A stretch of 64,000 bases of DNA, taken from the NCBI RefSeq assembly GCF_988242995.1, contig NZ_OZ547043.1, one strand, 5' to 3'. A model generated the notes under the pieces. That model did no database searches and was not told where the DNA came from. It saw only the letters and a program-made list of their open reading frames with translations. Made by a program: the position numbers and the translations under genes. This document shows positions 45,876 to 58,443 of this stretch, piece after piece; positions within the stretch are counted from its first letter, which is position 1, and every line of letters starts with the position of its first letter.

Positions 45876-47177
45876 CTATTTAACGCGCGAGAAAAGTACC
45901 ATCGATTCCAGATGTCCCGTGTGTGGGAACATATCCAGCATCGCCAGTCGCGCAATGGTATATCCTGCTTTTAATAACGCTTCGCTATCCCGAGCCAGCG
46001 TTGCAGGGTTACAGGATACATAAACTATACGAATAGGTTCCAGTTTTATAATTTGCTGCATAACACCTGCGGCACCTGCTCGCGCGGGGTCCAGCAACAC
46101 TTTATCGAAGCCGTTTTTCGCCCACGGCTGCTTTGTGACATCTTCTTCAAGATTTTCGTGATAAAACGTCACATTGTGTAAGTCATTAAGACGCGCATTC
46201 TGCTGGCCTTTTTCCACCAGCGCCGGAACACCTTCTACACCCACCACACTGGCAGCTTGTGTCGCCAATGGCAGTGTAAAGTTGCCCATACCGCAGAACA
46301 GATCCAGTACGCGATCTTCAGGTTGCACATCCAGCCATTCCAACGCACACGCTACCATTTTTTGGTTCACACCCGCATTGACCTGAATAAAATCGCGCGG
46401 GCTAAAAGTTAAGCGCAACCCGTTTGAGTCATACCAGGGCATCTCACCAGCGACGGTTTCGAGTATCTCACTATCGGGGGCGAGATACAGATCCAGGCCT
46501 TCAGAATGCGAAAAGCGTTCCAGTTTTTCGCGATCAGCCGAACTTAGCGGTGCGGTATGGCGCAAAATCATCAGCGTGCCGCTGGTTGCCTGTACCAGTT
46601 CAACATGACCAAGATGGCGCATAGCTTGTAAGCTGCCCAGGCATGCCCTGACTTTGGGCAGCAATGCTTCAAGTTGGGGCACTAAAATGGGGCATTGTTT
46701 AACGTCGACAATGTCACTGGAGCCCGCTTTGCGAAAGCCCATCTGAAGTTGCTGTGTTTTCGGTAAGTAGTTCAAACTTAAACGCGCGCGACGGCGATAG
46801 CCCCAGGGAACATCGGCGATCACTTCAGAGACCTCGTGTTTCATTAATCGGGCGAGTGCCGCACTTTTGCTTCGCTGCTGTAAATCCTCGCTGGCGTGTT
46901 GTTGCTGACAGCCGCCGCATACGCCAAAATGAGGGCAGCGTGGCGTTTCGCGTTCCGGGCTATCGCTTAACCGGCGCACGACTTTAGCGCGGGCGTATTG
47001 TTTTTTATCTTCAGTAACAGTAACTTCCGCGTTTTCCTGTGGCAATAATCCAGGAATAAATAACGCTTTGCCGTTATGTCGTGCCACGCCCTGACCAAAA
47101 GAGTCGAGGTCGTTGACTGAAACAGTTATGATCTGACGCGTCGTCGTGCGTCGTTTTGCAGAGTAGAATTGCGCCAT
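45876..47177 (-). CDS. rlmD: 23S rRNA (uracil1939-C5)-methyltransferase
   Basis: ORF track 433 aa with TRAM region, Fe-S cysteines and SAM-MTase domain. Confidence 0.93.
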   Translation of the reverse strand: MAQFYSAKRRTTTRQIITVSVNDLDSFGQGVARHNGKALFIPGLLPQENAEVTVTEDKKQYARAKVVRRLSDSPERETPRCPHFGVCGGCQQQHASEDLQQRSKSAALARLMKHEVSEVIADVPWGYRRRARLSLNYLPKTQQLQMGFRKAGSSDIVDVKQCPILVPQLEALLPKVRACLGSLQAMRHLGHVELVQATSGTLMILRHTAPLSSADREKLERFSHSEGLDLYLAPDSEILETVAGEMPWYDSNGLRLTFSPRDFIQVNAGVNQKMVACALEWLDVQPEDRVLDLFCGMGNFTLPLATQAASVVGVEGVPALVEKGQQNARLNDLHNVTFYHENLEEDVTKQPWAKNGFDKVLLDPARAGAAGVMQQIIKLEPIRIVYVSCNPATLARDSEALLKAGYTIARLAMLDMFPHTGHLESMVLFSRVK

Positions 47178-47233
47178 TGGCGAGACTTTCTCAATTTAAC
47201 AGTGTGACCTTAATTGTCCCATAACGGAACTCC

Positions 47234-49990
47234 ATGACCAACTACAGCCTGCGCGCACGCATGATGATTCTGATCCTGGCACCGACCGTCCTTATTGGTT
47301 TATTGCTGAGTATCTTTTTCGTTGTGCATCGCTATAACGATTTGCAGCGTCAACTGGAAGATGCCGGAGCCAGCATTATTGAGCCGCTTGCAGTTTCTAC
47401 TGAATATGGCATGAGCCTGCAAAATCGCGAATCTATCGGTCAGTTAATAAGCGTACTGCATCGTCGCCATTCCGATATTGTTCGCGCGATTTCGGTTTAT
47501 GATGAAAATAACCGACTCTTTGTCACCTCCAATTTTCATCTTGATCCCTCATCAATGCAGCTCGGCAGCAACGTGCCGTTTCCTCGCCAGCTCACTGTCA
47601 CTCGTGACGGCGATATTATGATCCTCCGCACACCGATTATTTCTGAGAGTTACTCCCCCGACGAATCGCCCAGTAGCGATGCCAAAAATAGTCAAAATAT
47701 GTTGGGATATATTGCGCTTGAGCTGGATCTTAAATCGGTTCGCTTGCAGCAATATAAAGAGATCTTTATTTCCAGCGTGATGATGCTGTTTTGTATCGGT
47801 ATTGCGCTTATTTTTGGCTGGCGCTTAATGCGCGATGTAACCGGTCCGATTCGCAATATGGTGAATACCGTCGACCGCATCCGTCGCGGGCAACTCGACA
47901 GCCGGGTGGAAGGATTTATGCTCGGCGAGCTGGATATGCTGAAAAACGGTATCAACTCGATGGCAATGTCGCTGGCTGCTTATCACGAAGAGATGCAGCA
48001 CAATATCGACCAGGCGACGTCCGATCTGCGTGAAACGCTGGAGCAGATGGAAATTCAGAACGTTGAGTTGGATCTGGCGAAAAAGCGTGCCCAGGAAGCG
48101 GCGCGTATTAAATCCGAGTTTCTGGCAAATATGTCACACGAGCTGCGTACACCACTGAATGGTGTTATTGGCTTTACTCGCCTGACGCTGAAAACAGAAT
48201 TAACACCAACGCAGCGCGATCACCTGAATACGATTGAACGTTCGGCAAATAATTTGCTGGCAATTATTAATGATGTTCTCGACTTCTCGAAACTGGAAGC
48301 AGGTAAGCTGATTCTGGAAAGTATTCCATTCCCACTACGCAGCACGCTGGATGAAGTCGTTACCCTGCTGGCACATTCTTCTCACGATAAAGGGCTGGAA
48401 CTGACGCTCAATATTAAGAGCGACGTGCCCGATAACGTAATTGGCGACCCACTGCGATTACAGCAAATCATCACTAACCTGGTAGGGAATGCAATTAAAT
48501 TCACCGAGAATGGCAACATTGATATTCTGGTAGAAAAACGTGCGCTGAGTAATACCAAAGTGCAGATTGAAGTGCAGATTCGGGATACCGGCATTGGTAT
48601 TCCTGAACGCGATCAATCGCGCTTATTCCAGGCCTTCCGACAGGCTGATGCCAGTATTTCCCGCCGTCATGGTGGCACCGGGCTGGGGCTGGTGATTACA
48701 CAAAAACTGGTTAATGAAATGGGCGGCGATATTTCGTTCCATAGCCAGCCGAATCGCGGTTCAACTTTCTGGTTCCACATTAATCTCGATCTGAACCCGA
48801 ACATTATTATCGAAGGGCCATCCACCCAGTGCCTAGCCGGCAAGCGCCTGGCCTATGTCGAACCAAACTCCGCAGCAGCGCAATGCACGCTGGATATTTT
48901 AAGTGAAACGCCGCTGGAAGTGGTTTATAGCCCAACGTTCTCCGCGCTGCCTCCCGCGCATTACGACATGATGTTGTTAGGCATCGCGGTGACCTTCCGC
49001 GAGCCGCTAACAATGCAACATGAGCGATTAGCGAAAGCGGTATCGATGACCGATTTTCTGATGCTGGCACTTCCTTGCCATGCACAAGTCAATGCTGAAA
49101 AACTTAAGCAAGATGGTATCGGCGCGTGTCTGCTGAAACCATTAACACCTACGCGCCTGTTACCTGCCCTGACGGAATTTTGTCATCACAAACAAAACAC
49201 GCTTTTGCCTGTAACCGATGAAAGTAAGCTGGCAATGACAGTCATGGCGGTTGATGACAACCCCGCTAACCTGAAACTTATCGGCGCATTGCTGGAAGAT
49301 ATGGTGCAACATGTGGAACTTTGCGATAGCGGGCATCAGGCGGTTGAACGGGCGAAACAAATGCCGTTCGATTTGATCTTAATGGATATTCAAATGCCGG
49401 ACATGGACGGCATTCGGGCCTGCGAGCTCATCCACCAGCTCCCCCATCAGCAACAAACGCCAGTTATCGCGGTAACGGCGCATGCAATGGCCGGGCAAAA
49501 AGAGAAGCTGCTTGGCGCAGGGATGAGCGATTATCTGGCGAAACCGATTGAAGAAGAGCGATTGCATAATTTGTTGTTGCGCTACAAGCCTGGCAGCGGT
49601 ATTTCCTCTCGCGTCGTGACGCCCGAAGTCAACGAAATTGTGGTGAACCCGAATGCGACCCTCGACTGGCAACTGGCACTACGCCAGGCAGCAGGAAAAA
49701 CCGATTTAGCGCGCGATATGCTGCAAATGTTACTCGATTTCCTGCCTGAAGTTCGCAACAAAGTTGAGGAACAGCTGGTTGGAGAAAACCCGGAAGGCCT
49801 GGTTGATTTGATTCATAAACTGCATGGCAGTTGCGGCTATAGCGGTGTGCCGCGTATGAAGAATCTCTGCCAACTGATCGAACAACAGCTACGTAGCGGT
49901 ACTAAAGAAGAAGATTTGGAGCCGGAGCTGCTGGAACTGTTAGACGAGATGGATAATGTAGCGCGCGAAGCCAGCAAAATTCTCGGGTAA
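47234..49990 (+). CDS. barA: Hybrid sensor histidine kinase BarA
   Basis: ORF track 918 aa: two TM segments, HAMP, HisKA (H-box SHELRTPLN), HATPase, receiver and HPt domains. Confidence 0.96.
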
Positions 49991-50122
49991 CGGACGTCTT
50001 GTCGAGTCAAAATAGGTTCCGTCCAATGCCAATGCTGGGAGCAGCACAGACAGTCCCCTCGCCCCTCCGGGGAGAGGGCGAGGGGGAAAACCGGCCCCGT
50101 AAACCACTTCGTCAGTAATCTC

Positions 50123-50157
50123 AAACCGACTTCTTATGAAGCCGGTTTTGGTTTTCT
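50123..50157 (+). terminator. Possible intrinsic terminator downstream of barA
   Basis: Hairpin AAACCGAC / GCCGGTTT (one mismatch) followed by TGGTTTTCT. Confidence 0.4.
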
Positions 50158-50160
50158 GTC

Positions 50161-51501
50161 TTAACGCACCATGCACGGGCGCTTGTTATCAAACGTCCAG
50201 CCAGGAATCAGATACTGCATTCCCATCGCATCGTCTCGCGCACCAAGCCCATGTTTCTGATACAGCTCGTGGGCTTTCATCACCTGATCCATATCGATTT
50301 CTACGCCCAATCCTGGTTTTTGCGGCACCTGTACCAGCCCGCCTTTGATCTCAAACGGTTCTTTGGTCAGACGCTGATTGCCTTCCTGCCAGATCCAGTG
50401 CGTATCAATAGCAGTAATTTTACCCGGTGCAGCAGCGGCTACATGAGTAAACATCGCCAGGGAAATATCGAAGTGGTTGTTAGAGTGTGAACCCCAGGTC
50501 AGGCCAAATTCATGGCACATTTGCGCCACACGTACCGAACCTTGCATCGTCCAGAAATGCGGATCCGCCAGCGGGATATCAACGGATTGTAACGAGAGCG
50601 TATGGCCCATCTGCCGCCAGTCGGTGGCGATCATATTGGTTGCGGTCGGCAGGCCAGTCGCGCGACGGAACTCTGCCATCACTTCACGCCCGGAGAAACC
50701 TTGCTCCGCACCACACGGATCTTCTGCATAAGCCAGCGAACCTTTCAGGTATTTACCAATTTTAATCGCTTCGTTCAGCGACCAGGCACCGTTAGGATCG
50801 AGGGTAATACGCGCCTGTGGGAAGCGTTGCGCCAGTGCCACAATAGATTCTGCTTCTTCTTCCCCGGCCAGTACACCGCCCTTCAGTTTGAAATCGTTGA
50901 AGCCATATTTTTCATATGCCGCTTCCGCCAGGCGCACCACCGCATCCGGCGTCATCGCTTCTTCGTGACGCAGGCGATACCAGTCACATTTATCATCCGG
51001 CTGGCTTTGATACGGCAGCGGTGTGGCTTTGCGATTACCGACGAAGAACAGATAACCGAGCATTTCGACTTCGCTACGCTGTTGACCATCGCCCAGCAGC
51101 GATGCCACGTTAACCCCCAGATGCTGCCCCAGCAGATCCAGCATTGCCGCTTCTATCCCGGTAACCACATGAATAGTGGTCCGCAGGTCAAATGTCTGCA
51201 AACCGCGCCCGCCGGCATCACGATCGGCAAATGTATTACGCACCAGCGTCAGAACGTTTTTGTATTCACCCAGCGTTTTACCCACCACCAGCGGAATCGC
51301 ATCTTCCAGCGTTTTACGGATTTTCTCGCCGCCGGGAATTTCCCCTACCCCGGTGTGACCAGAATTATCTTTGATAATCACAATATTACGCGTGAAGAAC
51401 GGTGCGTGTGCACCACTCAGATTCATCAGCATACTGTCATGGCCCGCCACCGGGATGACCTGCATTTCAGTAACAACAGGCGTCGAAAATTGAGAACTCA
51501 T
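50161..51501 (-). CDS. gudD: Glucarate dehydratase
   Basis: ORF track 50161..51525; start set at [22 protein letters not shown] (446 aa), parallel to the gudX N-terminus. Confidence 0.9.
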   Translation of the reverse strand: MSSQFSTPVVTEMQVIPVAGHDSMLMNLSGAHAPFFTRNIVIIKDNSGHTGVGEIPGGEKIRKTLEDAIPLVVGKTLGEYKNVLTLVRNTFADRDAGGRGLQTFDLRTTIHVVTGIEAAMLDLLGQHLGVNVASLLGDGQQRSEVEMLGYLFFVGNRKATPLPYQSQPDDKCDWYRLRHEEAMTPDAVVRLAEAAYEKYGFNDFKLKGGVLAGEEEAESIVALAQRFPQARITLDPNGAWSLNEAIKIGKYLKGSLAYAEDPCGAEQGFSGREVMAEFRRATGLPTATNMIATDWRQMGHTLSLQSVDIPLADPHFWTMQGSVRVAQMCHEFGLTWGSHSNNHFDISLAMFTHVAAAAPGKITAIDTHWIWQEGNQRLTKEPFEIKGGLVQVPQKPGLGVEIDMDQVMKAHELYQKHGLGARDDAMGMQYLIPGWTFDNKRPCMVR

Positions 51502-51521
51502 CTTTATGTCCTTTTTCAAAA

Positions 51522-52862
51522 TCAATGACGGCCGAAAACGGGACGTTTACAGTCAAAGGTCCAGCCGGGGATCAGGTACTGCATCGGGCCCGCGTCGTTA
51601 CGCGCACCCCCAGGCAGACGTTTATAGGCCTCATGCGCCTTTTGTACCTGCTCCCAGTCCAGTCCCACGCCCAGACCGGGCGCATCAGGAACGGCAATTT
51701 TTCCGTTTTTAATCTCCAGCGGATTTTTGGTCAGGCGACAATCGCCCTCCTGCCAAATCCAGTGGGTATCGATAGCGGTAGGATTACCCGGTGCCGCCGC
51801 ACCCACATGGGTAAACATCGCCAGAGAGATATCAAAGTGGTTATTGGAATGGCAGCCCCAGGTCAGCCCCCAGTCGTCGCAAAGTTGCGCCACGCGGACT
51901 GCACCGGAAAGCGTCCAGAAGTGCGGATCGGCAAGTGGAATATCTACCGCATTGAGCATCACCGCATGGCCCATTTCGCGCCAGTTGGTGGCGATCATGT
52001 TAGTCGCGACGGGCAAGCCGGTCGCCCGTCGAAACTCCGCCATCACTTCACGTCCGGAGAACCCCTGTTCTGCTCCGCATGGATCTTCAGCATAGGTAAG
52101 AACATCATTCAGCCCTTTGCACAGAGAAATGGCTTCATCAAGCAGCCATGCACCGTTGGGATCAACGGTAATCCGCGCATCCGGGAAGCGTTTCTTCAAT
52201 GCACGAACAGTGTCGATTTCTTGCTCGCCAGGTAACACGCCGCCCTTAAGTTTGAAATCTTTAAAGCCGTAGCGATCCTGTGAGGCTTCCGCCAGACGCA
52301 CAACGGCTTCGCTGTTCATCGCTTTCTGATGGCGCAACTGATACCACTCATGGTTGCCCGGCGTATTTTCCAGATAAGGAAGATCGGTTTTGGTCCGATC
52401 ACCGATATAAAACAGATAACCGAGGACGGTAATAGCCTCGCGTTGCTTGCCTGGCCCCAACAGTTCGCAGACCGGAACATTCAGCGCCTTACCTAGCAGG
52501 TCAAGCAAGGCGGCTTCCAGCGCCGCCACGGCATTAACGCGCAATTCAAAAGTCCAGGCACCTTTGCCGAAGGTATCAAAATCGGCTGCCTGATTACCTT
52601 TATGCACCTGCTGAACCACTTTATTCAGGCGCGCAACTTCCTGGCCCAACACCATCGGAATAGCATCGACCAGTGTCTGATAAATCACCTCTCCGCCTGG
52701 CGCTTCACCAATGCCGGTATGCCCGGCGTTATCGGTGAGTACCACAATATTGCGAGTGAAATATGCGTTATGCGCCCCACCAATATTAAGCAACATGCTA
52801 TCGTGCCCGGCGACCGGAATGACTTTCATATCAGTAATAACAGGACTGGATTGTGTCGTCAT
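51522..52862 (-). CDS. gudX: Glucarate dehydratase-related protein (paralogue of GudD)
   Basis: ORF track 446 aa, collinear with GudD over its length (visible in the two translations). Confidence 0.9.
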   Translation of the reverse strand: MTTQSSPVITDMKVIPVAGHDSMLLNIGGAHNAYFTRNIVVLTDNAGHTGIGEAPGGEVIYQTLVDAIPMVLGQEVARLNKVVQQVHKGNQAADFDTFGKGAWTFELRVNAVAALEAALLDLLGKALNVPVCELLGPGKQREAITVLGYLFYIGDRTKTDLPYLENTPGNHEWYQLRHQKAMNSEAVVRLAEASQDRYGFKDFKLKGGVLPGEQEIDTVRALKKRFPDARITVDPNGAWLLDEAISLCKGLNDVLTYAEDPCGAEQGFSGREVMAEFRRATGLPVATNMIATNWREMGHAVMLNAVDIPLADPHFWTLSGAVRVAQLCDDWGLTWGCHSNNHFDISLAMFTHVGAAAPGNPTAIDTHWIWQEGDCRLTKNPLEIKNGKIAVPDAPGLGVGLDWEQVQKAHEAYKRLPGGARNDAGPMQYLIPGWTFDCKRPVFGRH

Positions 52863-52863
52863 C

Positions 52864-54216
52864 TTATTGCCCCGCGACAGGTTTCAGCTCGATACGCTTG
52901 ATATCGCCCACCAGCACCAGGTAGCTCAGTACCGCGATTAAGGCATGAACACCAACATAAATCAGCGCCCCATTAAAGGAGCCAGTCGTGCCAACGATAT
53001 AACCAATTGCGATTGGCGTGACGATGCCAGAAATGTTACCGAACATGTTGAACAGGCCACCGGAAAGACCGCTGATCTCTTTTGGCGCGGTATCAGCCAT
53101 TACTGCCCAACCCAGCGCCCCGATGCCCTTACCGAAGAAGGCCAGCGCCATAAAGCCGATGATCATCCACTCAACGTTGACGTAGTTGCAGAACACCATC
53201 ACCATCGACAGCAACATGCCCATTACGATCGGTGTTTTACGCGCAATGTTCAGCGATCCCGTGCGGCGCATCAGCCAGTCGGAAATAATCCCACCCAGCA
53301 CACCGCCGATAAAACCGCAAACCGCCGGAACGGAAGCCACAAAGCCCGCTTTCAGAATCGACATCCCACGCGCCTGCACCAGATAAACCGGAAACCAGGT
53401 AATGAAAAAGTAAGTCAGGGCGTTGATACAGTACTGACCGATATAAACGCCGATCATCATCCGTGACCCGAGCAGCTGTTTGATCTGCCCCCACTTCACG
53501 CTGAACGGCACTTTAACTTTGGTATTTTGCTGATCCATATTGATCAGCGCGCCACCCGCGGCGATGTACTCCAGCTCTTTCTGATTTACACCCGGATGTT
53601 GATTTGGCTCGTGGATGACTTTCAACCAGATAAAGCTGATGACAATGCCCAGACCGCCCATAAAGAAGAAGACGTGTGACCAGCCCACTTCATGCGTCAG
53701 CCAGCCCATAATCGGCGCGAAGATCACCGTTGCGAAGTATTGAGCGGAGTTAAAAATCGACACCGCCGTTCCCCTTTCCTGCGCCGGAAACCAGGCCGCA
53801 ACAATGCGACTGTTGCCGGGGAAAGATGGCGCTTCAGCAAGCCCGACCAGGAAGCGCAGCGTAAACAGGGCAACGATAATGCCGAATCCACTAAAAATAT
53901 CGACGAAGCCTTGCAGCAAGGTAAACATCGACCAGATAAAGATCGACCAGAAGTAGACGCGTTTTGAACCAAAACGATCCAGCAACCAGCCACCAGGGAT
54001 CTGCCCGATAACATAAGCCCATGAGAAAGCAGAGAACACATAGCCCATTCCCACAGGATCAAGGCCGATATCTTTGGCCATTTCCGAACCGGCGATAGAG
54101 AGCGTAGCGCGGTCGCCGTAGTTGAAGGATGTGACGATAAACAACATCACCACTATCCAGTAACGAGCATTCGTGCGTTTTTCCACACTGCTCGCAGCCT
54201 GACTTAAAGAACTCAT
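52864..54216 (-). CDS. gudP: Glucarate/galactarate MFS transporter
   Basis: ORF track 450 aa, MFS anion:cation symporter-like. Confidence 0.92.
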   Translation of the reverse strand: MSSLSQAASSVEKRTNARYWIVVMLFIVTSFNYGDRATLSIAGSEMAKDIGLDPVGMGYVFSAFSWAYVIGQIPGGWLLDRFGSKRVYFWSIFIWSMFTLLQGFVDIFSGFGIIVALFTLRFLVGLAEAPSFPGNSRIVAAWFPAQERGTAVSIFNSAQYFATVIFAPIMGWLTHEVGWSHVFFFMGGLGIVISFIWLKVIHEPNQHPGVNQKELEYIAAGGALINMDQQNTKVKVPFSVKWGQIKQLLGSRMMIGVYIGQYCINALTYFFITWFPVYLVQARGMSILKAGFVASVPAVCGFIGGVLGGIISDWLMRRTGSLNIARKTPIVMGMLLSMVMVFCNYVNVEWMIIGFMALAFFGKGIGALGWAVMADTAPKEISGLSGGLFNMFGNISGIVTPIAIGYIVGTTGSFNGALIYVGVHALIAVLSYLVLVGDIKRIELKPVAGQ

Positions 54217-54670
54217 TGTTGCACTCCTGAAAATTCGCGTTAGCCACGCTCACTCTGGACTGCGACATCGCCAGGAAATCAGAGGTGACGTAGGGTGTTT
54301 TTTGCCGTTTTTATAGGTCGTTCGCCGAATACGGCGCGTGTTTATATCTGGCAATAGCAGTATAAAAAGCGCGCCATAGCGGCTCACCGTGCAACAACAC
54401 AACATTAATGCGTTCAATGAGGCCCAATTTTGGCATTAGCCCTGGACGGTGGAATCCACTTCACGGAAATGAAAACAAGAACAAGAAAGGAAGGGTTAAA
54501 ACGAAGAAATAAAGAAGAGTATGAAATGGATCGCTTGACTCCAGGCAAACGCCAGTAAAAATCCGCGCTATGAAGCAGTTTTTACTGGCATTTGCCTGAA
54601 AAGATTCGATTCAGCACCGCTAAAACGGCATTTACACCGCTAAAACGGCATTTACCGCTCGCTGAACGTA

Positions 54671-55120
54671 TCAGGACAACAGCGTGCCCCAATGTTCGAC
54701 CCACGGATTTGATTCCGTTTCCGGTTCCGGGTTCTCACTGGCGTCAATCAACAGCATTTCGCCAACCCGCTGAGCGCTCTGTTCCTGCAACAAGGCATCG
54801 AACTGTTTGCCACCATTGCAGAAATTCACATAACTACTGTCGCCGAGCGCAATCACGCCATAACGCAGATTCGGCTGGAAGCCCAGGGTATCTTTAATTC
54901 CCTGAAAGAGCGGCACAATGCTATCAGGAAGGTCGCCCTGCCCGGTCGTGGACGTAACCACCAGAACATACTTATCCTGATAGGGCAGCCAGTCGCTTAA
55001 TTCAGGATCTTCAAATACCGTTGCTTTGTGGCCCTGCGCGGTCAGAATTGCTTCCGCTTCTTCCGCCACTAACAGCGAATTTCCGTACATAGTGCCGACA
55101 AAAATACCAATTTCCGCCAT
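54671..55120 (-). CDS. yqcA: Flavodoxin-like protein
   Basis: ORF track 149 aa ([15 protein letters not shown]...). Confidence 0.88.
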   Translation of the reverse strand: MAEIGIFVGTMYGNSLLVAEEAEAILTAQGHKATVFEDPELSDWLPYQDKYVLVVTSTTGQGDLPDSIVPLFQGIKDTLGFQPNLRYGVIALGDSSYVNFCNGGKQFDALLQEQSAQRVGEMLLIDASENPEPETESNPWVEHWGTLLS

Positions 55121-55137
55121 ACCATTTTCTCCCTGGA

Positions 55138-55920
55138 TTAGGAACTTATCTCTCCATCCTGACCCGATGGCGCACTGAACTCAACCCTTTCATTTTCAGG
55201 AAGCAGACCCCGCCAGCCAAATTGTGATAACGCCTGCATCCAGGTGTCGTCCAGGCCCGCGTGAATAGTCAGCGGCTCGCCAGTAAAAGGATGCGTCAAT
55301 GACAACTGACTGGCATGCAGCATTAACCGCTGAAGGCCAAAATGTTCAGCACCGCTGCGATTCTGGCGTAAATCACCATGTTTGCTGTCGCCAATAATCG
55401 GGTGGCGCAAATGGGCAAGATGGCGACGGAGCTGGTGCTTGCGTCCGGTTTTCGGCTCCAGTTCCACCAGGCCGTAGCGCGTGGTCGGGTAACGTCCGGT
55501 CGCTACCGGCATTTCTACGGTCGCCAGACCGCGATAATGCGTCACTGCTGGCTGTGGGCCTTTATCTTCGCGGGCAAATTTATCAGCGATTTTGTCCAGT
55601 TCTTCCACCAGTGGATAATCCAGAACTGCTTCTTCCATCAACCAGCCGCGCACAATCGCATGGTAACGTTTCTGGATTTGGTGCTGTTCAAACTGTTGTG
55701 CCAGCAGCCGTCCGGCCTCGCTGGATAATCCCATCAACAACACACCAGAAGTTGGTCGGTCCAGACGATGAGCAGTAAACACATGCTGGCCTATCTGGTC
55801 ACGCACGGTTTGCATGACCACTACTTTCTCGTCGCGATCCAGCCAGCTACGGTGAACCAGCCAGCCGGAGGGTTTATTTACCGCAACCAGCCATTCATCC
55901 TGATAGAGTATTTCCAGCAT
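55138..55920 (-). CDS. truC: tRNA pseudouridine(65) synthase
   Basis: ORF track 260 aa, RluA-family motif [12 protein letters not shown]. Confidence 0.92.
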   Translation of the reverse strand: MLEILYQDEWLVAVNKPSGWLVHRSWLDRDEKVVVMQTVRDQIGQHVFTAHRLDRPTSGVLLMGLSSEAGRLLAQQFEQHQIQKRYHAIVRGWLMEEAVLDYPLVEELDKIADKFAREDKGPQPAVTHYRGLATVEMPVATGRYPTTRYGLVELEPKTGRKHQLRRHLAHLRHPIIGDSKHGDLRQNRSGAEHFGLQRLMLHASQLSLTHPFTGEPLTIHAGLDDTWMQALSQFGWRGLLPENERVEFSAPSGQDGEISS

Positions 55921-56249
55921 TAGCTCGCATCATCCGCAAAAAGAGCATCCAGTTTTTCCAGCTCAGCCAGAATAAGCGCGCGTTGCGGGTGGTCCGTCGC
56001 CAGCGCCATTTCATAATAGGGAGCAACGGCAAAAGCGCCCGGTAACGGCTGGTTGTTTTCTAACAAATCGTGCATTCGCGGGATCAGCACCCACTGCAAC
56101 CACTCCAGTGGTTCCATGGTGTCCATAAAGAACGGTTGGGTACTATTAAATTGATGCGGCTGGGGTTCATCGTTTCGCCAGTGCTGATGTTCACGCAGTA
56201 ACGCTTCAAGCGCCTGCAACTGGAAACGAACGCGGTCATGAGTGGTCAT
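55920..56249 (-). CDS. yqcC: DUF446-family protein
   Basis: ORF track 109 aa, stop/start overlap with truC. Confidence 0.85.
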   Translation of the reverse strand: MTTHDRVRFQLQALEALLREHQHWRNDEPQPHQFNSTQPFFMDTMEPLEWLQWVLIPRMHDLLENNQPLPGAFAVAPYYEMALATDHPQRALILAELEKLDALFADDAS

Positions 56250-56292
56250 AAAGCAACCTCAATAAGAAAAACTGCCGCGAAGGATAGCAGGA

Positions 56293-56660
56293 ATAAAAAA
56301 AGGGAGCACTGTATTCACAGTGCTCCCGGTTCGTTTCGCAGCATTCCAGCTACTTTTGTTGCTCCCTGCTCATCCTTGACAACTTTTCCTCTGGCCTTGC
56401 GGCCAATCGTTCATCCTGAACTATTGCTTCCTGCTCACACCACCCCGATGTGATACTTCATCCTGAAGTGTCCCTGGCCTTCCTGACCCACCGAATCATC
56501 CTGACCGGTTCTCATTCTCCATCCTGGAGGTGTCCTTTAACGCGTCCTGCGTCATCCTCTTCGCTTCATCCAGAAGCCTTTCCCTGAAACACCATCCTGG
56601 TGTGTCCTTCAGAAGTGTCATCATCCTGATGTTCACTTCGTTGTCTGACTCCCTGTCGAC
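56293..56660 (-). ncRNA. csrB: CsrB small RNA (CsrA-sequestering)
   Basis: Minus strand carries at least 8 CAGGATG-type and about 18 GGA motifs (plus-strand CATCCTG repeats), begins GTCGACAGGGAGTCAGACAACGAAG, and ends with hairpin GGGAGCACTG / CAGTGCTCCC (56302-56327) plus U7. Length about 368 nt, matching csrB. Confidence 0.9.
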
Positions 56661-56833
56661 GAAGATAGAATCGTCTTTTTCGCGAAGTCTTACAAGGCGC
56701 TTACAGACAATGCCTTAAGGAAAATTTCATATGAAAGTTAAGGATTAACAAGCAATATATTGATTTTAAATGAAAATAACGATTCTTATCTTTTTAAGTA
56801 TTCGCTTATTTCCTGGCGATCTCCTACAGAGTC

Positions 56834-56851
56834 TGTAAGAGATCTCTCACA
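56834..56851. promoter_or_regulatory. UvrY/SirA-type 18 bp palindrome upstream of csrB
   Basis: TGTAAGAGATCTCTCACA (reverse complement TGTGAGAGATCTCTTACA), about 175 bp upstream of the csrB 5' end. Confidence 0.75.
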
Positions 56852-56870
56852 ACCAGATGGGGTATTTGGA

Positions 56871-57416
56871 TTACAGAAGAGGCTTAAGTTGATTAAGGAA
56901 TTCCGCAAGATTTGAGGCTAAATGCGCCCGTTTACGTGTTCCCAGCGTCTCTTTACACACTTCACCGGAGAGATTACACACCGAGATCACCTCTAACTCT
57001 TCTTCCAGCGTCGCGATAAATAGCGTGGGCGGCAATTTTAGCCTTTTCTGAGTCACCAGATGACCAATCAGATTTTCCTGCACCCGACGGAAGTCGTCTT
57101 CACTCCAGGTTTGCAGCAATGTCAGTTTAATATCGCCAAACTGCGCGTGCATATCCCCGGCAAACTGAGTCGTATAAAAGGTATGAATTGTGGGTTGTAT
57201 CACAATATCAAAAGCGCGTTCAACCGCGTTTACATTTTGTTCCCCGGTAAACGGCTGGGGTTGCCAGTATACGGCGTCTTCGGTGGTTGAAATAATGCAC
57301 GGTGAAGGAACGCCGTACAGTTCCTCACTCAACGGCCAGCTTTTATGCTCTTCATGCCACGCATCGCAGTAGCGTGCAGTAAAATCTTTCAGGGCTTGTG
57401 CGGTCAAATCGTCCAC
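56871..57416 (-). CDS. syd: SecY-interacting protein Syd
   Basis: ORF track 181 aa. Confidence 0.92.
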   Translation of the reverse strand: MDDLTAQALKDFTARYCDAWHEEHKSWPLSEELYGVPSPCIISTTEDAVYWQPQPFTGEQNVNAVERAFDIVIQPTIHTFYTTQFAGDMHAQFGDIKLTLLQTWSEDDFRRVQENLIGHLVTQKRLKLPPTLFIATLEEELEVISVCNLSGEVCKETLGTRKRAHLASNLAEFLNQLKPLL

Positions 57417-57483
57417 TAATTTCTCTCTTCACTTAAACCAGATACACTTGTCGTTTAGTTTATCTGGTTTATGACGGTGAAAC

Positions 57484-58332
57484 ATGTCTTCTTATGCAAA
57501 CCATCAGGCACTTGCGGGCCTGACTCTTGGAAAATCAACCGATTACCGGGATACCTATGACGCCAGCCTACTGCAAGGCGTTCCGCGTAGTCTGAATCGC
57601 GATCCGCTGGGTCTGAAAGCGGATAACCTGCCTTTTCACGGTACGGATATCTGGACGCTATATGAACTTTCCTGGCTGAATGCGAAAGGTTTGCCGCAGG
57701 TCGCCGTCGGTCATGTTGAACTTGATTACACCAGCGCAAATCTGATTGAGTCGAAGAGTTTTAAGCTCTATCTCAACAGTTTTAACCAGACGCGTTTTAA
57801 TAACTGGGATGAGGTGCGCCAGACGCTGGAGCGCGACTTAAGCACTTGCGCTCAGGGTAAGGTTAGCGTGGCGTTATATCGTCTTGATGAACTGGAAGGC
57901 CAACCGATAGGTCATTTCAATGGCACTTGCATTGATGACCAGGATATCACTATCGATAACTATGAATTCACTACTGACTATCTGGAGAATGCCACCAGTG
58001 GAGAAAAAGTAGTAGAAGAGACGCTCGTCAGCCACCTGCTGAAATCAAATTGCCTGATCACCCATCAACCAGATTGGGGATCGATCCAAATTCAGTATCG
58101 TGGACGCCAAATTGACAGAGAAAAACTGCTGCGTTACCTGGTTTCTTTCCGTCATCACAACGAGTTCCACGAACAGTGCGTGGAACGCATCTTTAATGAC
58201 CTGTTACGCTTCTGCCAGCCAGAGAAATTGAGCGTTTACGCACGTTATACCCGTCGTGGCGGTCTGGACATTAACCCGTGGCGCAGTAATAGCGATTTTG
58301 TCCCATCGACCACAAGACTGGTTCGGCAATAA
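57484..58332 (+). CDS. queF: NADPH-dependent 7-cyano-7-deazaguanine reductase
   Basis: ORF track 282 aa. Confidence 0.93.
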
Positions 58333-58443
58333 ATTTTTTCTCAATTTTGCGTGCTGGATTCACGCAGAAGGTTGTGAAAGGTCATCAGGCAGGGCTATTG
58401 TAATCAAAGGGAATGACGATATTCGTCCCATAAGGAGTTTTTC

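Noticed and set aside
50602-52235. Long plus-strand ORFs 50602..51528 (308 aa) and 51525..52235 (236 aa)
   Set aside because: Antisense to gudD and gudX; low-complexity Arg/His-rich translations typical of shadow ORFs.
56238-56718. ORF-track frames 56238..56453 and 56530..56718 between yqcC and syd
   Set aside because: They lie across the csrB sRNA; the repetitive HPELLL/ILM translations come from the CATCCTG repeat motif.
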